Assembly: GCA_022605425.2 (NCBI GenBank)
Contig: CM061247.1
Location: forward strand, 1,364,001-1,428,000
Length of the DNA: 64,000 nucleotides
Reading direction: 5' to 3'
Source of the DNA: Hamiltosporidium tvaerminnensis FI-OER-3-3
Taxonomy: Eukaryota > Fungi > Microsporidia
Shown: piece by piece, positions 1-8,660 of the stretch
Position numbering within the stretch: position 1 is the first letter of the stretch
How the letters are laid out: every line of letters starts with the position of its first letter
Notes under the pieces: generated by a model
What the model was told of the DNA's origin: nothing
Seen by the model: the letters and a program-made list of their open reading frames with translations, nothing else
Databases searched by the model: none
Translations under genes and position numbers: made by a program

Positions 1-75
1 ACCCTTCATACTACTATCACCCTCTATACTACTATCACCCTTCATACAAATATCACCCTTCATACAAATATCACT
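1..75. repeat. Myosin insertion 6 (partial): 18-bp C-rich repeats, encoding KGDSSM/EGDSSM-like peptides
   Basis: acc ctt cat act act atc-type units in the myosin frame; truncated by the window edge. Confidence 0.8.
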
Positions 76-2841
76 ATTGTACCACTTTATACCCTCTGAC
101 TCGTATAAGGCTTGTTTCTCTTTGAATAATGATATGATATACTCATCTTGTATCTTTTCATTTGCCCAGTTTATACAGAACTGATCAAATGTGTTATTCT
201 TAAATACTTCAAAGCCATAAATATCAAGAATAGAAATAGAGGTAATGTTAGGTGTGTTATTAATAGGGTGTTGTGTAGTATAGTTATTAATAGGGTGTTG
301 TTTATTAGTATTGTTATTAATAGGGTGTTGTGTAGTATGGTTATTAAAGGGGTGTATTGTATTAGTGCTTGTATTAATAGGGTGTTGTTTATTAGTATTG
401 TTATTAAAGGGGTGTAATGTATTAGTATTGTTATTAACACCCTGTTGTTTATAACTACTAGTATTATCACCCTTATAATTACTACTCATATTACTAACAC
501 CCTTCATATCCTTATAACTACTATCCTTATCATTATCACCCCCTACCATACCCCCTATATCACTACTACCCCTTAGCTTACTGTTAATATAACGTACTAT
601 ATACTCAAACACCATAGAATATAAATTACGTGCTAAAGAATCTCTTAATGATTTAGCATTATCTATACTGTTATTTATAATAATTATTTCATTTTTATTT
701 TTTATCTTTTTTATAAGTAAATATTCTTTAAGAATAGAAGGTGTTATTTTAAGTGTATTATAAATGAAATGTAAAGGGTTATTAATAGTAGTATTAGTAT
801 TGTTAGTATGGTTGTTATCAGTATGGTTGTTGTTATTACTAGTATGGTTGTTGTTATTACTATTAACACCACTACTATTAACACCCTCACTACTATTAAC
901 ACCCTCACTATCACTAACACCCTCACTATCACTAACACCCTCACTAGTACTAACACCCTCACTATCACTAACACCCTCACTAGTACTAACACCCTCACTA
1001 GTACTAACACCCTCACTAGTACTAACACCCTCACTAGGACTATCACCCTCACTAGTACTATCACCCTCACTACTACGGAAGTATGACCCGTTAGTTATTA
1101 TCACTCTATTCTCTTCTTCTATAAACTTTATACTTCCTAACGCTATAATACATAACAATAGGTCTTCTAATTCTTCTATAAAAGGAAATTCTAATACTTT
1201 AAGAGAATAAAGTGTGTTAGTATAGTCATGATAAGAGGAAGTATTGTTATTAGTAGTATGGGTAGTATGGTTGTTAGTATTACTACTAACCCTACTACTA
1301 CTATCCTTACTAACCTTAACACTATCCCTACTACTAACACTATCCCTAACTCCATCCTTACTAATACTAATGCTATCACTGGTGTTGTCTATGTAGTCAT
1401 TCTTAATATAAAGTTTCTTATAATTTAACACCTGATACATAATATGAAAATTACTTTCTAACGGTTGTTGGTGAGTAACACGGCTTTTTTCTAAAAGGTA
1501 TGTCTTAATAGAAGAATAAAGGGGTGTTAATATAGGTATATCATATGAGTTATTGTTATTTTTATAGTAAAGGGTTATTAATTTACCGTAACGTGAACTG
1601 TTGGTGTTAAGGGTTGTTTTTGCATTACCAAATGATTCTAGTAAAGGAGTAACGTATTTAAGATAAGATATGTTATTTATAGGGGACTTGGATATATTTG
1701 TAAGGTGGATATAAGGAGAAGTAGTTATGTTAGTAGTTATGTTAGTAGTCATGTTAGTAGTCATGTTAGTATTGTTAACAGGGTTATAAGTATTAGTACT
1801 GTTAGATACATGATTAACAGGGTTATAAGTATTAGTACTTATGTTAGTATTGTTAACAGGGTTATAAGTATTAGTACTGTTAGATACATGATTAACAGGG
1901 TTATAATCATTAGTACTTATGCTAACTCCCTTATAATTATCATACTCTTTACTAACACCCTTATAATTATCATACTGTTTACTAACACCCTTATAATTAT
2001 CATACTCTTTACTAACACCCTTATAATTATCATACTCTTTACTAACACCCCCATACTTATTACTCTCCTTGTTAATAAGGTACTCTATAATATAATGGGT
2101 GTTAACTGTCTTACCTGAACCAGATTCTCCACTAACAACAATAGTTTGGTGTGGTGTAAATAACATGTCTTGATAAGCATGTTCTGCTATAGAATATATG
2201 TGTGGTTCAAAGGAAGAAAGGGTGTTAGTGTGTGGGATAGTAGTAGTATTTGTAAAGGGGTGTTGTTTATATAGGTTATGGTTAAAGGGGTGATAAGTAT
2301 CAGTACTGTTCTTAAAAGTGTGATAAGTATCAGTACTGTTATTAAGAGGGTGATAAGTATCAGTACTCTTATTAAGAGGGTGTTGTTTATCTGTACAGTT
2401 ATTAAAAGGGTGTTGTTTATCTGTACTGTTATTAAGAGGGTGATAAATATCAGTACTGTTGCTAAAGGGGTGATAAGTATCAGTACTCTTATTAAGAGGG
2501 TGTTGTTTATCTGTACTGTTATTAAGAGGGTGATAAGTATCTGTACTACCAATATCACCCTCTAACATATCCCTACTATCTATATCACCGTCTAACTTAC
2601 TATACCTATAATTATCACCCTCTAACATATCCCTACTAACACCCTCATACCCATTACTTCTACCACTGTACAGTAACATTACATTCTTATTATATATATC
2701 TATCTCTTTAAGTGGATTAACTGATAGAAGTACAATACCACTATACGTATATATAAGACCACTGTCATATCTCTCTTTCAATATTTCTACTATCTTTTCT
2801 TCTGTAAGTAAAGGTAATTTACAAAGATCTTCTATTTGCAT
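1..2841 (-). CDS. Myosin heavy chain, motor domain (5' part; runs off the left edge), with large in-frame low-complexity insertions
   Basis: Hand translation of the minus frame (plus-strand triplets at 1,4,7...) gives 947 stop-free codons from ATG 2841, which is preceded by a CCC motif. Ordered myosin motifs: MQIEDLCKLPLL, IYTYSGIVLLSVNP, PHIYSIAEHAY, SGESGSGKT (P-loop), LLESFGNAKT..NTNSSRYGK (switch I), YLLEKSRV..ESNFHI, LGSIKF, RDSLARNLY, ILDIYGFE (switch II), FDQFCINWANEKIQ, YESEGI. Absent from the ORF track, probably because no stop codon lies in the window. Confidence 0.95.
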   Translation of the reverse strand, partial: MQIEDLCKLPLLTEEKIVEILKERYDSGLIYTYSGIVLLSVNPLKEIDIYNKNVMLLYSGRSNGYEGVSRDMLEGDNYRYSKLDGDIDSRDMLEGDIGSTDTYHPLNNSTDKQHPLNKSTDTYHPFSNSTDIYHPLNNSTDKQHPFNNCTDKQHPLNKSTDTYHPLNNSTDTYHTFKNSTDTYHPFNHNLYKQHPFTNTTTIPHTNTLSSFEPHIYSIAEHAYQDMLFTPHQTIVVSGESGSGKTVNTHYIIEYLINKESNKYGGVSKEYDNYKGVSKEYDNYKGVSKQYDNYKGVSKEYDNYKGVSISTNDYNPVNHVSNSTNTYNPVNNTNISTNTYNPVNHVSNSTNTYNPVNNTNMTTNMTTNITTNITTSPYIHLTNISKSPINNISYLKYVTPLLESFGNAKTTLNTNSSRYGKLITLYYKNNNNSYDIPILTPLYSSIKTYLLEKSRVTHQQPLESNFHIMYQVLNYKKLYIKNDYIDNTSDSISISKDGVRDSVSSRDSVKVSKDSSSRVSSNTNNHTTHTTNNNTSSYHDYTNTLYSLKVLEFPFIEELEDLLLCIIALGSIKFIEEENRVIITNGSYFRSSEGDSTSEGDSPSEGVSTSEGVSTSEGVSTSEGVSDSEGVSTSEGVSDSEGVSDSEGVNSSEGVNSSGVNSNNNNHTSNNNNHTDNNHTNNTNTTINNPLHFIYNTLKITPSILKEYLLIKKIKNKNEIIIINNSIDNAKSLRDSLARNLYSMVFEYIVRYINSKLRGSSDIGGMVGGDNDKDSSYKDMKGVSNMSSNYKGDNTSSYKQQGVNNNTNTLHPFNNNTNKQHPINTSTNTIHPFNNHTTQHPINNNTNKQHPINNYTTQHPINNTPNITSISILDIYGFEVFKNNTFDQFCINWANEKIQDEYIISLFKEKQALYESEGIKWYNSDICMKGDICMKGDSSIEGDSSMKG
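247..575. repeat. Myosin insertion 5: G-rich 27/30-bp repeats followed by C-rich repeats
   Basis: TAGGGTGTTG units at ~247-430 switch to TAACACCC units at ~435-575; lies between RYINSKL and ISILDIYGFE. Confidence 0.85.
781..1080. repeat. Myosin insertion 4: GT-rich repeats followed by an 18-bp ACCCTCACTAGTACTAAC array (EGVSTS)
   Basis: Tandem 18-bp array at ~870-1075; GT-rich units at 785-860. Confidence 0.85.
1231..1385. repeat. Myosin insertion 3: GT-rich then C-rich low-complexity segment
   Basis: gtagtatgggtagtatggttgttag switches to actaaccctactact/atccct at ~1282. Confidence 0.75.
1684..2075. repeat. Myosin insertion 2 (loop-1 region): G-rich 12/69-bp repeats then a C-rich 30-bp array (KGVSKEYDNY)
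   Basis: AACAGGGTTATAAG units up to ~1915, ACTAACACCCTTATAATTATCATACTCTTT units from ~1925; lies between the P-loop helix and LLESFGNAKT. Confidence 0.85.
2224..2655. repeat. Myosin insertion 1: G-rich 30-bp array (HPLNNSTDTY) then C-rich repeats
   Basis: ATTAAGAGGGTGATAAGTATCAGTACTGTT units at 2280-2545, ATCACCCTCTAAC units at 2550-2655. Confidence 0.85.
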
Positions 2842-2849
2842 TTTAATTT

Positions 2850-2852
2850 GGG
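2850..2852 (-). promoter_or_regulatory. CCC motif upstream of the myosin ATG
   Basis: Minus strand aaaCCCaaattaaaATG. CCC/GGG motifs near start codons are established in microsporidia and recur before most genes here. Confidence 0.6.
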
Positions 2853-2894
2853 TTTCTTTATCTTTTTTTAAAGTAAAGAATAACCAATAAGATA

Positions 2895-3110
2895 AAGGGG
2901 TGTTGTTTTATTGGTGATGGGTATGTGGGTATATAGCGGTAAAGGGGTGTTATTAATAAGTAATATATTTATAGTGGTAAAGGGGTGTTATTAGTAAGCA
3001 GTTATGTTTTTAGTAATATAAAGGGGTGTTATTAGTAAGCAGTTATATTTTTAGTAATATAAAGGGGTGTTAGTAATACTTATTATATTTTTAGTAGTAA
3101 GAGGTGTTAA
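2895..3110. repeat. Non-coding AAAGGGGTGTTA tandem repeats upstream of myosin
   Basis: GGGG at 2944, 2982, 3023, 3064 gives periods of 38, 41, 41 bp (not multiples of 3). Confidence 0.8.
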
Positions 3111-3686
3111 GTATAAGAATATTATATTTATAAGATAATAAGAATATTTATGTTTTAATTTAAGATATTCCCTTTAAATTATTAAGCGTCTTTAATTACT
3201 AAGAATATTTAATATATTTTTATTGTAATATTATTTTTATATTTGAATATATTATATTCTTACTGATTTTATGATAAATTAAGTATTTTAATTTAAGTAG
3301 TTAATATAAATTATATTGGTTAATTAGATTTTAGAAAGAGAAAACTAAACTAAATTTATAAATTAAACTATATTAGTTATTTGATAATAAGAAAGAGAAA
3401 TATAACTTAAGGTTTTAAAGTAATTATCATTTATATTATTCAGTAATGTCTTTTACGACTCACCTCGAAATGTTTAATTGGTTAAAAGACTAAAACACCA
3501 ATAAGAATGCACCAATTAAGATATGTTTCTTTTTATTTGTTCATAAATCTTACAGAACCAATAATAGTGAATAGAACTGAACATAAAACAATTAAAAAGA
3601 TTCTATTGGTTAAAAAAAATATTTGAAATAAAAGGTTTAAATCCTTTCTAGATTGTATTAATATGTAAGGAATAACATGATAAATA

Positions 3687-5405
3687 CTCCCTCTGTCCGG
3701 AAATATGGTATACATTTGCGAAAAGATAAACTAAATCAAAAAATGTACATGACAAGTTTATTATATTACCTTTATTTCGAACATTTTAATAAATATTAAT
3801 CTAAATATTAAATAAAATTTGAAGAAATATATGTTAAAATTAATAATTCACTCAAAATTTGATTTGGCTTTAATCTATGCTTCTTTGGAACATACATATT
3901 TTTCTAGCAGTCGACCTTCGCGACGAAGTTTTCCTTTACTTAAATGAGGTATTTTATAGCCATTTCCCCCATCTGCTAACATAATTGACTCCATACATGC
4001 TTGCAATGTTGTAAAAACGTTATCGAGAGTATTCGCTTCAAATTGATAAAATGCATCTTGAAAACAATTTATTAATTCGTCGATTGTGTGTGGCGAAGCT
4101 TCATGTTGCAGCGTTTGTATGGAGTTAAAAAACTTAAATCAAGAACATTTAAATCGGGGCTATTTGCCGGTTGCGCCTTAAACTCAATATTCCGGTCATC
4201 AGCAGAACCAAGAGCTACAATATCTGCATCATTATCAGAAAAATGGGGTTTTACATTGTCTTGTTGTACGTAAATTGTTTTCTTTTTGTATGCTGGCGGA
4301 AATTTAGATTTAATTGCGGGAATTACATTATCAATGATCATGTTTTTGCAATGTACTGCTGTAACAGATTCCACATTTTTTGTTATAATTGTCCCTTTAG
4401 CCCTATTCTTAGAATTTCTTTGAGCTGGTTCTTCATAAACAAATGGCAATATTCCAATTTTCCCATCAAAATAAAGCTTTCGATGTGTATCATAGCGTGG
4501 TCGAGCTACTGCAGCCATGAACATTATTTTCGTAATAAATCGCTTACTTTTGCAGTTTCTCTCCGGTTTTTCTTCGTTTAACATTAAGTAATAAGAGCGC
4601 TTAACTTTAGTTAGATAAAACCACTTTTCATCAATGTGAACGTAGTCGTACAAATCATCAAAAAGCAAATCTCCATTATTAACAAGATTTACTTTAGACA
4701 AGCAAAATTTCAATCTGTCCATTTTATTTTTATCTGTTAAAGTTGGTTTAACTGTAGAAGATATTCTCTTGATATACTTTCCCGACTTGAATATATCAAA
4801 CAAAGTTGATTTTGAAATATCAATTGCAAAGGAAAGACTGCGAAGCGTTCCTCGACGATTTAATAGTGTATTCTTTATTTGCGCTAAATTGTTCGAATAT
4901 TCTTTAGGTTTTCTTCCGCATCTTTTTTTCTTTTTTGAAGAAACATCGGCACATATCTTACCCTTTCTGTATTGAGTTTGTGCTGCATGCCAAATTCTGC
5001 TAACAGTTAGCCGGGAAACTTGAAAGGCAGAAGAAACTTCGTTGATGGCACCTGTTTTAACTTATTCTCCTTCATCTGCTGTAATAATTTTTCTAAAATA
5101 ACTTGACGTTGTTCTTTAGTTAACTGTTTATATTTCGAATCTCTTTTTTCTGAATTAAATAAATTTTCTTACACATTTTCCATATTCGTCTTGCAGCGGT
5201 ACTAATTTTTTTTACCTTAAGAAACACTGATGTTTGAGCGGTAACTTTTTAACTAAGAATGATATTACTAAAGTCAAAAATTTTAGGTTATATTGTCATG
5301 AATATTTACTATGACAATGTCATGACGGTTGCCTATTTATTTTTTATATTCACGATAATCTACGGTTTTTTTTGAAATGTATACCATATTTCCGGACAGA
5401 GGGAG
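3687..5405 (-). mobile_element. Tc1/mariner DD39D (plant-mariner/Stowaway-type) transposon, 1719 bp
   Basis: Perfect 31-bp TIRs CTCCCTCTGTCCGGAAATATGGTATACATTT (3687-3717, 5375-5405); TA duplication at 3685-3686 and 5406-5407; transposase inside. Confidence 0.95.
3875..5183 (-). pseudogene. DD39D transposase, disrupted by an early stop and frameshifts
   Basis: HIDEKWFY, QQDN, QPANSPDLNVLD with 39 residues between the 2nd and 3rd Asp. N-terminal HTH (VSRLTVSRIW) and C-terminus (GGNGYKIPH) lie in other frames. Confidence 0.9.
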
Positions 5406-7925
5406 TATGTTTTTTTGGTTTTTACTAAAATATTTTGTTTTAAAAAAAGATTAAATCACTTTTTTGAAATCTTCTTTGCTAAGAATTTTACTGTTACATA
5501 AGAAATTAAATGATAAGATTTATGGGATTTTGCTTCACTGTAAGATATTAATATTCTCAATGATAATTTTGTTAAACAGATATTCATTACAATATTAAAT
5601 TTAAACTTGATTAAATTATAGATTATTCATAAAAATGAGTTAAGTATTTCTAAATTGAATAACTAATACAACATATTGTTGAAGAAACGTTTTTTTTTGA
5701 CAAACAAAACATTACAAATTGAAAAATTTCTTTGAGGGAAAAGGACATAATTTAATAAAATAGTTGAAAGTGAATAGACTAAATATATAAGCAGAGATGA
5801 AGCTCCTAAAAGATGGAAGCAAATATAAAAAAAAGACGAGAAAATGCAGGTTAATAAAGCCTGGGTTTTTGTTTGGTAATTACTCAAAGCGGGTAATAAA
5901 TTAAGAATGAAAAACAGATTAGGTGAGACTAAGACATTCTAATTGAAAATTTTAAAAAATTATAGCTCGGCTTATGAAGGTTATGAGATAATTTACTTTT
6001 TTTTCTTATGAATGTAAAAGAAAGTTCGTTTCTATGAGTTTAACAGTTAATTATTTAAATTGCGTTGGAATGAAAAATAACTTGTCAAATATTAAGTGGT
6101 TAGAGCTGGTAAATAAATTTGTAAAGCTTAAATTTACTACTGAATTATGTCTTATTGAAGGAGAAAAGTGTATGTTAAAAAATTTATTTATGGTAATTTT
6201 TTTTTAAAATTGTCTCTTTGTTCTATCATAAGATAAATATTTGCATTAAACCAAATTATTTTAAAAGTATATTTTTCATTTGTATATTACAGAGACTAAA
6301 CTAAGCTGATAAAACAGTTGTTTAGATGTTAATTATAAATATACAAAAAAGGAGCTACTCCTTTATATTATAATAGCCTCTAATCACGTAGAAACGAACT
6401 TTCTTTTACATTCATAAGAAAAAAAATTCTAAAAATAGTCTTAAACCTTATTATTTGAGCTATAATTTTTTAAAATTTTCAATATGAATGTCTTAGTCTC
6501 ACCTGGGCTGTTTTTCGTTAATTTTCTAGTTTTTCATTCTTAATTTATTACCCGCTTTGAGTAATTACCAAACAAAAACCCAGGCTTTATAAACCTGCAT
6601 TTTTTCTTCTTTTTTTTATATTTACTTCCAATTTTTCAAAGCTTCATCTCTGCTTTAATATTTAGTCTATTCACTTTCAACTATTTTATTAAATTATGTC
6701 CTTTTCCCTCAAAGAAATTTTTCCATTTGTAATGTTTTGTTTGTCAAAAAAACCGTTTCTTTAACAATATGTTGTATTAGTTATTCAATTTAGAAATACT
6801 TAACTCATTTTTATGAATAATCTATAATTTAATCAAGTATAAAATTTCACGAAGCTATTCAAGCGAAAATTGTTCTTTGCAATTATTATTGAGAATATAA
6901 ATATCTTACAGTGAAGCGAAATCCCATAAATCTTATCATTTAATTTCTTATGTAACAGTAAAATTCTTAGCAAAGAAGATTTCAAAAAAGTGATTTAAAT
7001 CTTTTTTTAAAACAAAATATTTTAATAAAAACTAAAAAAACACATTTATCATGTTATTCCTTTCATATTAATACAGTCTAGAAAGGATTTAAACCTTTTA
7101 TTTCAAATATTTTTTTTAACCAATAGAATCTTTTTAATTGTTTTATGTTCAGTTCTATTCACTATAATTGGTTGTGTAAGATTTATGAACAAATAGAAAG
7201 AGACATATCTTAATTGGTGCATTCTTATTGGTGTCTATAGTCTTTTAACCAATTAAACATTTCGAGGTGAGTCATTAGAGACATTACTGAATTATATAAA
7301 TGACTTGGTATAGTAAAGTATTTACAGAATATCTAAAGCATCACTTGTGTTTATCACGATGTTTTAATTTAAAATACTACTTATAATAAGAATTATTCAG
7401 CTTTTAATTGTACGTTATTTTGATTGCTTGATGTATTTAAACTGAAATTAAAATATCTGTATTCTGTAGTGTACAAATCTTAAAAGCCAACACACTTTTC
7501 GTAGCTTTGTTCGAATGTTGCTTTATAAAGGTCGGTTCTACTACAAAAGACCTTTTAGATTTCGAAAACGTCTATAAGAACATTGCTATGATGATAAGTA
7601 GTGAGATGTTTTTACCGTAAAAACAATCAATTTTATTGAGCTACATAATTGAAATATAAATTCAATTTAATGTATACTTGAAGTACAAAGAATATTTCAC
7701 AAATTCTCCTTTTGCATATATTTTTCCTTGAAGATATGCAAAGGTTCAAAATAGAAATTTCCTTATGATTAAATGGAGATTAAACAACACAATAATCGAT
7801 TAATTTGCTTTTTTAGGAAAATAATACAAATAAAGAAAAATTAATTTTTGATTAAAGTATAGAACGAAGATAGTAAAAAGATAAACTGATAAGTAATTAA
7901 TATATTAAAAATTGAATTTATACCC

Positions 7926-8660
7926 ATGGATAGACAACGAAAGAAAATGATTTTGATTATAGCATCGATTTCAATACTACTTATTATTTCAATCATAGGT
8001 ATTTTGATCTATAAAAACAGTGTAAAAGAGAAAAAAGGTGATACTGAGAAATCAGAAACTGAAAAAACTTTTGAAAATCTTAAATCGGGTGAAAAAGAGA
8101 CACCGGTAATGAAAAGCAGTAAGGAAACAACCCAAGTTGAAAAAAATATGGGTTCGAAAAGAAAACTAAACCCACTAAATAAAGTTCTACCATCAAAGTA
8201 TACTCAAAAACCGGGACAAAATATTCCGCCAGAACATAAAGTTTCGTTAGAAGAAGTTCCCTCTGGAACAGAACAAACTCCACCGGGTGGGAAAATCCCT
8301 ACTAAAACAGAAAAAACTCCACCGGGTGGGAATATAATCCCTACTAAAACAGAAAAAACTCCACCGGGTGGGAATATAATCCCTACTAAAACAGAAAAAA
8401 CTCCACCGGGTGGTATAATCCCTACTGAAACAGAAAAAACTCAACCGGGTGGTATAATCCCTACTGAAACAAAACCTAAAGTACCAGTTGTAAAAGCTGA
8501 ACCAGGCCAAACACCTGTTGCGAAACCGCACTATGTTCCAAAGGAGGTAAATACACGTGATATGTTGATAAATATGCAAGGTAAAGTAGATGAAATTCTA
8601 AAAAAGTTACCTGCACAGAAAGACGAACCCACGAGTTCTCATAGTGGATGGGAGGATTAA
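7926..8660 (+). CDS. Hypothetical N-terminally anchored Pro/Thr/Lys-rich repeat protein
   Basis: CCC directly before ATG; basic N-terminus plus one hydrophobic helix (aa ~9-29); five 13-14 aa repeats TEKTPPGG(N)IIPTK. Confidence 0.85.
   Translation: MDRQRKKMILIIASISILLIISIIGILIYKNSVKEKKGDTEKSETEKTFENLKSGEKETPVMKSSKETTQVEKNMGSKRKLNPLNKVLPSKYTQKPGQNIPPEHKVSLEEVPSGTEQTPPGGKIPTKTEKTPPGGNIIPTKTEKTPPGGNIIPTKTEKTPPGGIIPTETEKTQPGGIIPTETKPKVPVVKAEPGQTPVAKPHYVPKEVNTRDMLINMQGKVDEILKKLPAQKDEPTSSHSGWED
8268..8476 (+). repeat. 39/42-bp coding tandem repeat
   Basis: acagaaaaaactccaccgggtgg...ccctact units x5. Confidence 0.9.

Larger units (their letters stand above)
3427..7303. repeat. Long inverted repeat: left arm 3427-3686 plus 5408-6034 (split by the mariner), right arm 6389-7303, spacer ~350 bp
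   Basis: Reverse-complement match followed by eye along the arms, e.g. 5881 tactcaaagcgggtaataaattaagaatg vs 6536-6565, and 3460 cacctcgaaatg vs 7258-7270. Confidence 0.9.

Noticed and set aside
148-2565. The many short ORF-track calls in 148-2565
   Set aside because: Shadow frames of the 3n repeats inside the minus-strand myosin CDS.
247-2655. Myosin insertions as spliceosomal introns
   Set aside because: All are stop-free and frame-preserving, and I saw no consistent GTAAGT...AG borders; RNA data are needed to exclude this fully.
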